DNA of 64,000 bases from Octopus vulgaris (taxonomy: Eukaryota): positions 166,036,001-166,100,000 of the forward strand of contig OX597816.1 in the NCBI GenBank assembly GCA_951406725.2, given 5' to 3'. Numbering within the stretch: position 1 is the stretch's first letter; every line of letters begins with the position of its first letter. Made by a program: the position numbers and the translations under genes. The notes beneath the pieces were generated by a model. The model made no database searches and was not told the DNA's origin. It saw nothing but the letters and a program-made list of their open reading frames with translations. This document shows positions 12,819 to 25,565 of this stretch, in pieces.

Positions 12819-13173
12819 TAAATATTGTTTCCCACTGTAAATAGATCTTCCTTGTGTGTATCTTCAATACGAACCTCTTGCTTATTTCTCTACCTGAAAG
12901 TCTATTTTAGATATGGATATAGAGGTGGTTGCTCAGAACAAGGAAATAATTGCGGTTAACGGAGAAACTCGGCAATATAATTACTGATAATGTTCAAGTG
13001 TTACCTTGTAATTTAATTGGAAGAGAAGATGTAATTATATTAATTAAATCATCTAATGAAAACATATACAGTGTCTAATAAACTTACAGAAAGTGAAATG
13101 AAAAGTTTTAATTATATCACCAAGCTCAGTTGGCGCGACGGGTAGGATAGCATGCAATATTTATCTACTAGTA

Positions 13174-13680
13174 AGGTGGGGAACTGGCAGAATCGTAGGT
13201 AGGCCGGACAAAATGCTTAGCAACAGTTAGTCCGACTTTGCTTCTTGTGTTCAAATTCCTCCGAGGTTGACATTGCCTTTCATCTTTTCAGGGTCAATAA
13301 AATAAGTACCAGTTTAGCACTTGGAGCGATGTAATTGGTTTATCCCCTTGCCCTAAAATTGCTGGCCTTGTGCCTAAATTTGAAACCGGTTTTAGTTACT
13401 GGTGGCAGAATCGTTAGCAAGCCGAGCAAAATGCTTAGCGGTATTTCGTCTGCCGCTACATTATGAGTTCAAATTCCGCCGAGGTCGACTTTGCCTTTTA
13501 TCCTTTCGGGGTCGATTAAATAAGTACCAGTTACGCACTGGGGTCGATATAATCGACTTAATCCGTTTGTATGACCTTGTTTGTCCTCTCTGTGTTTAGC
13601 CCCTTGTGGGTAGTAAAGAAATAGGTATTTCGCCTGTCTGTGCGTTCTGAGTTCAAATCCCACCAAGGTCGACATTGCCG
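13174..13680 (+). mobile_element. Two adjacent family A SINEs, the second with tail X and a partial extra unit
   Basis: Family A heads at 13174 and 13400; junction 'aaagaaata|ggtatttcg' at about 13623. Confidence 0.85.
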
Positions 13681-13945
13681 TTACTAAACAGTTCGACAGA
13701 AAAGACGATAGAATTACTACTGGACCTAAATAATATTGTTGGGTTCTTTTTGTTCGACTAAACCTTTATAGATGGTGCTCAAGCATGGCCGCAGCTTGCG
13801 GCTAAATTAAGTAAAATTTTCAATCTTATATCAGTATTTAATTCGAGCGTTACCCGTTATATGGAAGTTATTCTTTTGCCACATGAGTTATTTGATAAAA
13901 ATTATTTTCCATATTTCTTGTTACTACCCACAGGTAAAAGTGTAA

Positions 13946-14158
13946 GGGCGACGAGCTGGTAGAATCGTTAGCGCGCCGGGCAAAATGCTTAGCAGCACTT
14001 CGTCCGTCTTTACGTTCTGAGTTCAAATTCCGCCGTAGTCGGCTTTGCCTTTTATCCCTTCTAGACCAATAAAATAAGTACTGTTGTGTACTGAGATCGA
14101 TGTAATCGACTAACCCCTCCCCCGATATTGCTGGCTTTGTGCCAAATTTTGAAACCAA
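13946..14158 (+). mobile_element. Family A SINE monomer
   Basis: Full head, body and tail 'ttgctggctttgtgccaaattttgaaacc'. Confidence 0.85.
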
Positions 14159-14519
14159 TATTATTATAGTAATTTTAGTAGTTTATTTAGAACAATTTCG
14201 GGTAAGTTCTTAAGTTAGCAAATGCCCTAGAGATTTAATGGGGAACACTTACTCGACTAACGAACAGTTTACTTGAAAAAGCATCTAAGGAAAATATTCA
14301 TTACAATAAATATTAACTTTTGCAGAGTATTTTCTCTTCAGTTATAGACAACTACTCTGTCATTATACTCCTTCTCATCCTCCTGGTCTTTCTCCTGTGT
14401 CTCTGTGGTTATTTCTAGCTTACTCTGTGTGTATAGCATTCACTCACACATTGCCTGCCACCAAGCCTAGTATGTGCACTCATACTGCATCACCTCTTAC
14501 CTTAACTCTCTCTCTCCCT

Positions 14520-14564
<45 letters not shown>

Positions 14565-14787
14565 ACATGTATTATTTATTACTTCGTACTTTAATTAGTT
14601 CTAGGTAAATGTTTTATCGTATCTTTAATTTTTTTCTATATGGTATGATTTAAGTATATCATTGTTGAATTGCTACATGGTGGTCCTTCTCTAATTCATA
14701 TACATGTATTGTATATTGTGATATTTGATTTAGTATTGCCAAATTGAATTTTTTCTTGTAATTTTGGAATCATATTCCTTAATATCA

Positions 14788-14822
<35 letters not shown>

Positions 14823-15438
14823 CTTTCTCTGTACTATATAAAGCATGAATGGATAAGTTAAAGAAACAAACAAACAACCGATTAACCAATATTTATAAAG
14901 GCTATTATCAAATAAAGATTCCATTCTCGATAATCTTTAAACAAAATGTAAACTGTTAGATAATTTGTCGCGTAGAGATATATATCTAATAGCTACTAAA
15001 ATCGTTCCATAAATCAACTCTTCTCTTACCTTAGCGCAAAAGAATTTCTTTCATCTACTCGAGTCATTTCTTTAGAGCTGACAAATTTACAAAGAGAAAT
15101 CTGCAGCTGTTTAAAGACTCGCTAAATAATAATAATAAAAGGAAAAAATAGCTCACCCACTCGTTTCTCTGATATAAAACGTCTGCAATTATAAAATATC
15201 GTTTCTTGAGAAGCGATATTTTACTGAGAGAAGACATATTCAAACGGCTGGAATAGACAAACGAGAGTGTTGTGGATTTAATAGTTTTCGATATCAATTA
15301 CGGACGGCTAATCAGGACCGCTAAACATTCCTACTACAAATATACACTAACTTTCAGAATTGTATATACAAACATACATACATACATACATACATACATA
15401 CATACATACATACATACATACATACATACATACATACA

Positions 15439-15760
15439 TGGGACAGAAAAGAGAAACTGTGCACAGTTGTGGAAATTAGCTGTTCGGCGAATGTTAATAT
15501 AAATCTGAAGATCAGTGAAAAAGAGAACACCTACGCTGAACTATTGAGGAATCTGCAGTTGGTCTATCCAGATTACAAGTTCAGGTTTATACCTGTAATT
15601 ATTGGGGCCCTGGGATATGTAACACATTGCCTAAATACCAATCTTGAGAAATTAGGATTCCCCAAACCAGAAAGGATAAAGCTAATTCGACGACTACAGA
15701 TCCAAGTCATCACTGGAACTGTAAAAATCTGTAAAACTTTCCAGAAGTTTATTATTTAAA
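15439..15760 (+). mobile_element. RLE-LINE endonuclease C-terminal fragment
   Basis: [35 protein letters not shown]...FIPVIIGALG...GTVKICKTFQKF; preceded by (TACA)n at 15372-15438. Confidence 0.8.
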
Positions 15761-15825
15761 TATATATGAGCGTGTCTAGATATGCAATTATGTGCATGAG
15801 AATACATGCATAAAACATACAAATA

Positions 15826-16168
15826 TTTGCCTTTCATCCTTTTGAGGTCGATATATTAAGTACCAGTTGCGTATTGAGGTCGATTTAATCGACTGGCCGC
15901 CTCCCCAAAAATTTCGGGTTTTGTGCCTAGAGTAGAAAAAATATTTTAAAGGCGGTGAGCTGGCAGAAACGTTAGCACACCGGGCGAAATACTTAGCAGT
16001 ATTTTCGTCTCTCTTTACGTTCTGAGTTCAAATTCCGCCGAGATCGACTTTGCCTTTCATCCTTTCGAAGTCGATAAATTAATTATCTGTTACGCACTGA
16101 GGTCGATCTAATCGGCTGGTTCTCTCCTACCAAATTTTGGGCCTTCTACCTAGAGTTGAAAAGAATAT
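15826..16168 (+). mobile_element. Family A SINEs (3' half plus full copy)
   Basis: Family A motifs. Confidence 0.85.
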
Positions 16169-16299
16169 TATGGGGTTTAAGATGGGGTTTAATGAGTATG
16201 GAAAACACATAACATTGTGCGTGTGTGCGTGTGTGCGTGTGCATGTGACTCTGTGTGTGTGTGTGATATTGCGTGGTGTGTGTATGTGTGTATGTGTGT

Positions 16300-16625
16300 G
16301 TGACGGTGCTTGGCTTAGTGGTTAGGCTATTTGGCACACGAGCTAACGATCGTGAGTTCGATACGACCACGCCGTGTTGTGTCCTTGAGCAAAGTACTTT
16401 ATTTCACATTGTTCCAGTCCACTCAGCTGGCAAAAGTGATCCATGCCTGTACTTTGAGGGGGCAGCCTTGTCACGTCCGGTGTCACGCTGAATCTTCAAG
16501 AGAACTGTGTTGAGAGTATTTGTGTCTGCGGAGTACTCAGCCTTTTGCACATTAGTTTCACAAGCGAGCTGTCCCGTTAATCGGATCAACTGGAATCTTT
16601 GTCGTCGTATCCGATGGAGTGCCAG
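16300..16625 (+). mobile_element. Family C SINE (head 1 + tail 1), full length
   Basis: A-box 'tggcttagtggtta', B-box 'gagttcgatac', core 'gtgtccttgagcaaagtactttatttcacattgttccagtccactcagctgg', tail ending 'gatggagtgcca'. Confidence 0.85.
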
Positions 16626-17087
16626 TTACTCTGTGTGATAAACACTTGTACAACACGAGCACTCCTCTCTGAGTCAGCGTGATTATTACCTAGTGAAGGC
16701 CAAAGTACGATGACCAGTAGTCAAATGAAACTGCAGTTCTGCACCAGAGTGTCCCCTACCTAGAATGATGCCATGACAACAGCTGCGGATCCCTCACTCC
16801 CAGTGGTTTTACTAGGCTCAGTAGTTGGATAGCCGGTAACGGGTTTGGGTTTACGTCCTGCAGGGTGTCCGACGAAAACCACCCTCTTTGCTAAAAGGGC
16901 TCAGCAAGAAAGGTGGCTTAGACACCGACCACCCGACTATGCAACAGGGTATGCTGGGTTACACGCTACTAGTAGCACTTAGAATGATCTCACATATTTA
17001 CATATTTGCATATATAAATGCACACAAACACACTCACGCATGCATATATAAATATATATGTGTGTATGTGTGTGTGTGTGCATGTGT

Positions 17088-17462
17088 GTGGAGGTGCAAT
17101 GGCCCTGTGGTTAGGGCAGCGGATTCGAGGTCATAGATTCGCGGTTTCGATTCCCAGACCGGATTCTGTGAGTGTTTATTGAGCGAAAACACTTAAGCTC
17201 CACGTGACTCCGACAGGAGGTGGTGGCGAACCCTTCTCTACTCTTTCACCACAACTTTCACTCTTTCTTCCTGTTTCAGTGGTACCTGTATTTCAAAGGG
17301 CCAGCCTTGTCACACTCCGTGTCACGCTGAGCCTCCCCGAGAACTACGTTAAGAGTACACGTGTCTGTGGAGTGCTCAGCTACTTGCACATTAATTTCAC
17401 GATCAGACTGTTCCGTTGATCGGATCAACCGGAACCTTCGTCGTCGTGACCGACGGAGTGCT
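17088..17462 (+). mobile_element. Family C SINE (head 2 + tail 1), full length
   Basis: A-box 'tggccctgtggtta', B-box-like 'gtttcgattcc', 'gtgtttattgagcgaaaacac', tail colinear with 16460-16625. Confidence 0.85.
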
Positions 17463-17472
17463 GTAATAGTAG

Positions 17473-17545
<73 letters not shown>

Positions 17546-17759
17546 ATGTATGTATGTGTGTATAAATCAAAGGTAGGACAGAAAGAACACAACAAACGGG
17601 AACTAACATAACACAACGTGCGGGAAAATAGATGATAACGGTAAACGGGACAAAAACAAGATACACGGATCATCGACAGCGGATTTCCTCATCAGTCGGA
17701 GTCCGGAAAGTCATTGTAGTTTCGCCCCCTTATCTCCGACTATATATATATATATATAG

Positions 17760-17960
17760 GGAGATGTACTCGCATAGCAAGTGATTTGATCTGAGATAGT
17801 GTGCTGAAACGAAAACAATTGCAGCGTGGAAGGTGTTTGTAAGCCATTTAAGAAACACACAAAAGCCGTTCGATTCACTTCAACATTTAAGTTTAATTTG
17901 TCAAAATATTTTCGTCGCTAAAATCCTCGACCTGTTCATTGACAAATCTCCGTGCTGCAT
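17760..17960. repeat. Dispersed repeat, partial inverse copy at 25570-25637
   Basis: 'cagcgtggaaggtgtttgtaagccatttaagaaacacacaaaagccgttcgattcacttcaaca' vs 'tgttgaagtgaatctaacggttttgtgtgtttctgaatggtgtataaacaccatccacgctg'. Confidence 0.7.
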
Positions 17961-18285
17961 CAGTCATATGTATATAGTCATATGTATTATATGTGTATAC
18001 TTCTATATTCATATACATAAGTACCTATATGATTATATAACTGTATACACACATACACACATACGTACATATTTACATATACATATACACAGACACGTAT
18101 ACATATTCAAATATTCACATTTGTATTTATCATATATATAATCATACATACATACACACATTTAGATATATAAATGCACACACACACACATATGTATGTA
18201 TTATCGAGTGTCGCCAGTCCATCAATCATCTTTAAGACACTTGTTCTAACAAGAAAGACATTTAATTTCCTCTGTTAATCTCTTT

Positions 18286-18397
<112 letters not shown>

Positions 18398-18839
18398 CTT
18401 TCTTCAAAGCAAGAATTAAAAGAAAGACTGGTTTGATCACCTTTTCAAAAGATAAATGTTTCTGGCTGCTTCATACGTATAGTGTATGTAGATTCTGATA
18501 GTGATACGATGATCTCGCCTTTAACACGCAGAATCGCCATTGATAAAAATTTGAGCGGGGACTTCGTACTAGCGTCAGCTTACAATGAGTGGGAGTGATA
18601 TATTGGAGGGAGTAGGAGTGAATACTTTATGGGGTATTTACATATATTTATAATATGGGTGGGGTTTATGTGATATACTGATCATGTAATATGAGAGTGT
18701 GAGGGTGAGTAATTGTTGCTGAGTACGGGCATACCAGAACTTACATCGATCAATGGTTCCAAGACATGCGACGTAACTCGAATAACGATGTAACACGAAA
18801 ACACTTTTTCAGAATTATATTAGCTTGTTCTTTTAATCT

Positions 18840-19500
18840 TTTATCCTTTTACTTGTTTCAGTCATTTGACTGCGGCCATGCTGGAGCACCGCCTTGAGCG
18901 GGTTTAGTCGAATGAATTGCACTACAAAATTCCTCACCAGTTTGGTTACGCCAAGCATCATGACAGCGGGTTGTCGGGACATTAACATTTTGATGCAACT
19001 GGTAATGTTGATCAGGATAATCTACATTAGGACAATGAAGTCTGCTATCTAAATGCTGAGAATTGTCAACATAGAAAGAATTAATGTAGTCTTGGGTCTG
19101 ATGAATAGAGTTTGAATGATAGCCATGTCCAGGAGACTGCTGTGGTATCTTAAGACAACCATTTCCATCAGGTGGGATAGCAGAATAAAACTGGGATGAT
19201 GCATGTGATTGCTGCCTATGTTCTGGGTGATATGAACGTGCAAAAAGGGTGGTGACACCAATGCATTCACAAAATTAAACATCTCAGGGACTTTCTTATG
19301 AGTCATTAAATTAGGATAAGATCCAACAGATAGTGCCTTTCGGTAAATATCATCTGCTGTATAGGCAAACTTATTTTTAAGCCTAGTACTTATTCTATCG
19401 ATGTCTTTTACTGAACCGCTAAGTTGCGGGAACGTAAACACACCAACACCGGTTGTCAAGCAGCGATGGGGAAACAAACACAGACACAGGCACACATATA

Positions 19501-19561
<61 letters not shown>

Positions 19562-19730
19562 AAAACGACGGGCTTCTTACAGTTTCCGTCTACCAAATCC
19601 ACTCACAAGGCTTTATTCGACCCGAAGCTTTAGTAGAAGACACTTGCTCAAGGTGCCACGCAGTGGGACTGAACCCGGAACTATGTGGTTAGGAAGCAAG
19701 CTTCTTACCTCACACCCACGCCTGCGCCTA
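18840..19730 (-). mobile_element. Bipartite family B SINE interrupted by a LINE fragment
   Basis: Head 19565-19730, (CA)n(TA)n, module D 19370-19480 resuming at 18840-18915. Confidence 0.75.
18925..19368 (-). pseudogene. Degenerate LINE reverse-transcriptase fragment
   Basis: AYTADDI resembles the YADD catalytic motif; IRPKTTL segment downstream; heavily frameshifted. Confidence 0.4.
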
Positions 19731-20029
19731 TATCTATTTTAATTAATGACTTACACAATTTTTCACTTGTATTTCATTCTATTTTCCACTTCGTTATTGG
19801 TTTTTTAGTTGTATTTCAAAATATTTTATGGCTTTTAATATGTTGTCTGAGAGCGATGTAAAGCTGAATAAACCGACTGAAGTTGAGGTTTTTCTTCTAT
19901 TGAGTTCTTAAAAATACGACGTAAAGTCGCATAAGACGTAACTCGAAACAACGTGAATTGAGGTTCGCCAGAATTTAAATTACAATTGATGGAGTAGTTG
20001 TGAATATTTGTGAATATTTTATGGGGTTT

Positions 20030-20700
20030 TGATAGAATGGGCATGGTTTATTTGATGGACAGTTTTGTATTATATCGAGAGGGCGGGAATAGGGAATTGG
20101 AAATGGTATCTAAATTACCATTGAAGAGTGTAGGAGCGAATATTTGATGGAATATTCAAATACGTTGACCAAGTGGGTATGGTTTATTTGATTGAGAGAG
20201 TGAGCGTAAGAATATTCAAATATATTGATAAAGTGGGCGTGGTTTATTTGACAAGCGGGTTTTTATCAAATTGATAGAGTGGGTGCAAGTACTTATATAT
20301 GTTATTTAAATCACTCTCAGAAGGTAACAATGAATATTTGATGAGATATTCAAATATATTCATAGCAAAGGTGTGGTTAATTTGAGTCCATAATTAAACT
20401 ACTTTTTAAAAAGCGAGATTGAGTATTATGTTATTCAAATAGCATTCAGATATCGAGAATGACTGGTTGACAGCAAAGTCAGTGAAGTTACATTAAGAGT
20501 GTGGGTGGTACTATACAGAAGCATATTTATATTTAATTAAATAGAGAATGGAGTATAATATTCAAATCACACTATATCAGGGCGTGGTGATTATTTGATT
20601 GTGGGTGAGACATTATAATTATGATTGTGAGTGTAAGAGTGTGTGATTGATATAATATTCAAATGACTTTAAGAAGGTGGGGTTGATTACTTGATAGAAC
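20030..20700. repeat. Degenerate tandem repeat / motif cluster (TATTCAAAT and GGGYRTGG-TTTATTTGA)
   Basis: TATTCAAAT near 20153, 20213, 20347, 20432, 20559, 20656. Confidence 0.65.
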
Positions 20701-21074
20701 AGAAGAATGGTTTTTTTATGGTGGTGGCGGCGGCGGTGGTGGTGGACGGGGGCAGTTAATAAGACATTGTAATCGAAGATGGAAATCGAAAATGGTATGT
20801 GAGTAACGGCGTTCCTTTACTGTTTGGTTCGCGGGGGGTGGCCCTTAAGGCACCTATCACCTTCTAGTTCCTAAAACACATTTTCAAGACTGATTTTAGT
20901 TACCTTCTGGAAGTGTGGGTCGAGTGTTTGTTGGCATATTCACATCCTTAACCGGAATCCAGTTGCTATAAATAACAAAGTTTTCCATTCTATAAGGCAG
21001 GGGTCTCGTATCTTTGAGTGGCAAACGGGATTTAACTGGCTGGGGTAGTTATTTACAGAGTTGTATCTTCATGT

Positions 21075-21370
21075 CTGTGGAGACACATAGCCTAGTAGTT
21101 AGAGCAGCATACTCGCCGTCATGGTCTCGCGTGTTCGAATATCAGACTGGGAACTGTGTGTGTTTATGAGCTCCACGTGGCTCCGGTAGAAGGTAATGGC
21201 GAACTTCTACTGACTCTTTCGCCACAACTTTCTCTCACTCTTTCGTCCTGCATCTAGCAGCTCACCTGCGACGGACCGGCGTCCCGTCCAGGTGGGGAAC
21301 CTATACGCCAATGAATCCGGGAAACTGGCCCTTATGAGCCAATCATGGTTCGAGAAGGAACAAACAACAT
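21075..21370 (+). mobile_element. Family C SINE (head 2 + tail 2)
   Basis: Reverse-complement match to 58160-58440. Confidence 0.85.
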
Positions 21371-21395
21371 CTACACGTCTACCATATGTGTGTGT

Positions 21396-21466
<71 letters not shown>

Positions 21467-21521
21467 CATGGCTCGAGAAAGAAAGGAGCAAACGGCAACA
21501 ACACTATCTACATGTCTAACA

Positions 21522-21560
<39 letters not shown>

Positions 21561-21836
21561 AAATGTGTCTGTGTGTTTGTGTATGTGTCTGTATGTATGT
21601 ATGTGCGAATATTGATTTTTACGGATAATTGATTGTGGGCCAAGGCATTTGTATCAATACTGCTGATAAAATACGAACGTCCGGTCTTTTGTCCAACTCA
21701 TCAAATTATTTTTAACATGATTAACTGTTCTTCATAATATTGTCCAAAAGATTCAGAATTACTATCGATTCCTTAATGACAAAAATTTAATAATTTCCAC
21801 TTTTAAACCACCACCACCCCAGCACACACTCACACA

Positions 21837-21902
<66 letters not shown>

Positions 21903-22056
21903 CACAACTAGAAATCAATATGCCTAGATTGAATTTCTTTATTAGTTTACTGATAATTCATTAGTTGTAAAATATGACAATATTGAGACGATGATCATGA
22001 TCATGATGATTATTATCATAAGAGAAAATCATCTTTAAAAGATAGTATATCAATGC

Positions 22057-22285
22057 TGGTTTTAAATTTTAGCACAAGGCCAGCAATTTCGGGAGACGGG
22101 GTAAGTCGATCAGATCGACCCTAGTTTTCAGTTGGTACTTATATTTTATCGACTGCGAAAGGCTGAAAGGCAAAAAATAAATCGACCTGGGTGGAATTTA
22201 AATTCAGAACGTAAAGGCAGACAAAATATCGTAAGAATTTCTCCCCAAAGTGGTATCGATTCTTCCACCACGCCAACTTGCCTTA
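22057..22285 (-). mobile_element. Degenerate family A SINE
   Basis: 'gcacaaggccagcaatttcggg...gaatttaaattcagaacgtaaag'. Confidence 0.75.
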
Positions 22286-22543
22286 ACGTATCAATAATAA
22301 CATAATATACCAATATTAACGTAATATACACGATATATCATCATTAACATAGCTAATCAACATTAATACTACATATCAGCATTAACATATGATATCAAGC
22401 TTAATATCGAACCCATGGTCTGGCAATTGTGAGCGTAACACCCAAACCACTAGGCCATAAACCTTCACTGTGAAGGTATCAGATTGAATCAGCAAATTAT
22501 TTATTTACTGATTTCTATACTTAAGAGCTCTTGTCATGATATA

Positions 22544-22633
22544 GCTTTGTCTGAGAAGATACACAACAAGGTTGAAACAACGCTTTGTCTGAGGAGATAC
22601 ACAACGAGGTCGAAACAACGCTTTGTCTCAGAC
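22544..22633 (+). ncRNA. 38-bp tandem duplication containing a hammerhead-like motif
   Basis: 22589: CTGAGGA-GAT.acacaacgag.GTC-GAA-ACAA.cgct.TTGT-C; unit repeated at 22551 and 22589. Confidence 0.45.
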
Positions 22634-22681
22634 ACTTTGTGTTACTGTATCAGGTGTGTTATGAACATGAATCGTCTAAAG

Positions 22682-23230
22682 CAGTGGTTCAAAAAGTAGG
22701 CGGTATTCCCCCCCACCTGGCAGAATCGTTAGCACGCCGGGCGGAATGCTTAGCGGTATTTCGCCTGTCGCTACTTTCTGAGTTCAAATTCCGCCGAGGT
22801 TGACTTTGCCTTTCATCCTTTCGGGGTCGATTAAATAAGTACTATTTACGCACTGGGGTCGATATAATCGACTTAATCCGTGTGTCTGTCCTTGTTTGTC
22901 CTCTCTCTGTTTAGCCCCTTGTGGGTAGTAAAGAAATAGGTATTGCCCCCTTCCTAGGGCAGTGGAAAGTTCCAAGGGGGCATTGAAAAAAGTGGGACGA
23001 TATTGGGGGGAGTGATTCATGTAAAAAGTGGGGCGATAATGGGTTAGTGATTCATGTAAAAACAACAACATAATGGGTTTGTTAGATTAAGTTTTATTTG
23101 TGAAATTCAGTTACTTTGAATTTGCTTCAGAAAGAGGTCTACGTTTGTGATGGTTAGTTGGAGTGGGAGCGCTAGGACTGTGGACTGGGTGTCAAGGAGG
23201 CGGCAGCCCAATAAAGTTTGGGAACCACTG
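22682..23230. mobile_element. hAT/Charlie-type MITE
   Basis: TIR cagtggttc...gaaccactg; perfect 8-bp TSD GTCTAAAG (22674-22681, 23231-23238), close to the Charlie NTCTAGAN preference. Confidence 0.9.
22717..22938 (+). mobile_element. Family A SINE (tail X) nested in the hAT MITE
   Basis: Flanked by ggtattcccccc (22702) and ggtattgccccc (22939), a probable TSD. Confidence 0.9.
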
Positions 23231-24157
23231 GTCTAAAGGGAGAAAGTCATCTCCGTTGACAAAAAGCGACAGCAATCAGATATTTCTGTTCGAATCTGCC
23301 AGAACGTATAAGAATGAATAGATTCGTTACTGTTTGGGTTTTTGTCGTTCTGTGAGCGCCTCATGAAGGATTATCTGTTTGGCAGACATTAGCACACATC
23401 AGCAAACAATTTACCGATTCTTATAAACAAGAACTTGTGCTCTGGAGAATTTCATCGGTTCAACTATGGGGTGGCTTTGACTGAGAAGACACAACGAAGT
23501 CGAAACACTGTGTTATCTTAAAGTCCCTTTGCAAGAGTTATGAACACACGTGATTTATTCGACAAATATAATAATCATGAGATATGGTGTTCATGCTTTT
23601 GTTTAATTCCAAAGATTGTCAAAGAAAGACGAGTTAAATGTCTTTCACTTTCCAAACTCAATTGGTTTCCAAGTTTTGTTCGTTGCTCTTCGACGTGTCA
23701 CCCGCTATTGTCATAATTTGTTACTGAGCTTCATAACATATTGAATTAAGTTACTACTCCACACACCCATCATCAAACTAATGGTGTTTGTTTTGTCTTT
23801 CCAATTCTGCTGTCAGCCAAAGCATGTTTATTGTTGGTAGTATTAAACTACTTTGACATCCATTGTTAGCAACAGATCAATTATTTCCATTAATCCTAAC
23901 GGCTTCCTCCTTTTGTGACGTCGTTATTCGACTACGCGCACTTCAGTTAATGATTTCTTCTATCCTGGTGATTGTATGGAAGTTATATAATAATCCTCAT
24001 GTAATAACTGGCAGCTTTTCTTTGACTGTTCGTTTTTCACTCGTTTAATCATGTCAATTATTTGCTACAAGAAAACTTTTATAGCATGAATTCATTTTTT
24101 TAAAAATCGAGCAAAACAATGAGTTAATTCATACTGCTTTTTCAATAAAAAAAGCGG

Positions 24158-24346
24158 GGTTGCGAGCTGGCAGAATCGTTAGCACGCCAGACAAAATTCT
24201 TACTGGCTTTTCAGCCGTCTTTACGTTCTGAGTTCAAATTCTGCCGAGGTTCATTTTGCTTTTCATCCTTTCGGCATCAATAAAATGAGCACCATCGACT
24301 TTCCCCATCCTCGAAAATTGCTGGCTCTGTGCTAGAACTTAAACCA
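24158..24346 (+). mobile_element. Degenerate family A SINE
   Basis: Family A motifs. Confidence 0.8.
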
Positions 24347-25420
24347 ATCCTGATCACGCTATTTTATTAGCATTGTCACGCGTTTGAGAATTAAAAAAAT
24401 TATTTTTGTATCTTTCAATACATCTCAACGCTTTTAAAACAAACTTTGTTTATTTACTTTCATCGTAAGTTGAATTTAACGTTAGCATCTTATGAAGCTA
24501 AATTTATAAGTTCTAAAATTTAGAACGGTTGACGTAAATTTAGGTACGCAATGTACATGCTTTAAATCGGTCGACGTAATTATACGCCGCCTCACTTAGA
24601 ACCTGTCACTTGAGTTAGTAGCGGTCCACCTGCTAATTGATCGGCCGATTAGATGTTTCATGTAAATATTTACATTACTATAGGCTGGTCCTGCTACTCC
24701 GACTCTGTCAACTTCGTCGTCGCATCCTGTTTCCTCGAATTTACGGTCGTCGTGTCAAGAAGCTACACCAAGCTCCACCACCTCACCAGTTGTTTCTTCT
24801 GGTTCGGACGATACCTCAGAGAGAGACTATTTTCCTAGTTCAGAATCAGATGATTCCGATAGCGATGATGATATTCCGGTGAATCAAAGGTACAGGCTCT
24901 GAACAAGGAGCTAGTCGGTCACAGGGTTAAATCGCAAGCGACACAGTCTAAAAATCTAACGATCGAACTTCTAATAAGACTACGTTATCCAATATTTCCT
25001 TAAGACAATTATGTGATTTAAGCAGGTTTTAGCCGCTCTTTCTGACAAGCCGATCGACCAAGTACAGGCTCCTTCCATCGGTCCAATTAAGCAGGATGCG
25101 ACAGAAACTCTTCCATATTTTAATTTATCAAGAAAGCTAAATCTGGAATGTTTTTTGCTGTATTTTGTAGTTAATTTTTATCTGATTGATAAAATATTGA
25201 ATAGCAATTATTCCATTTGATCAGTGGGTGTGGTTTTTAAATTATGCCACCATAGCATTTTACTACTTTCTTTGGAAATTTGAGATAATTAATTGTTAAA
25301 CGATTCATACAATTCATTTTATCACCTTCATAGCTCAACGACAGATTAGGGAATTACGAAATCTTATTAAATTAATTATGTAATAGATTATTTGATATCG
25401 GTGCATTGTGTAAACAGATA

Positions 25421-25565
25421 TAACCGTTCGTTATAGACACATAAAAGAGTTAGTCAAACTAAAGCTATAGTCACTGGGAGTTTTAGTTAAGAGCAAAATC
25501 TTTATAACATCTCCCAATTAGTCGATGTCGTGTTATAGTCTCACTGAGCACTAGTTTTCCTCCGT
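25421..25565 (+). repeat. Local direct repeat A (copy at 27893-28038)
   Basis: 'gttcgttatagacacataaaagagtta...gagcactagttttcctccgt' is near-identical in both. Confidence 0.9.

Noticed and set aside
16640-16960. RTE 5'-UTR-like segment with a possible HDV-like ribozyme (similarly 26600-26960)
   Set aside because: The resemblance is only an impression; I could not build the nested double pseudoknot.
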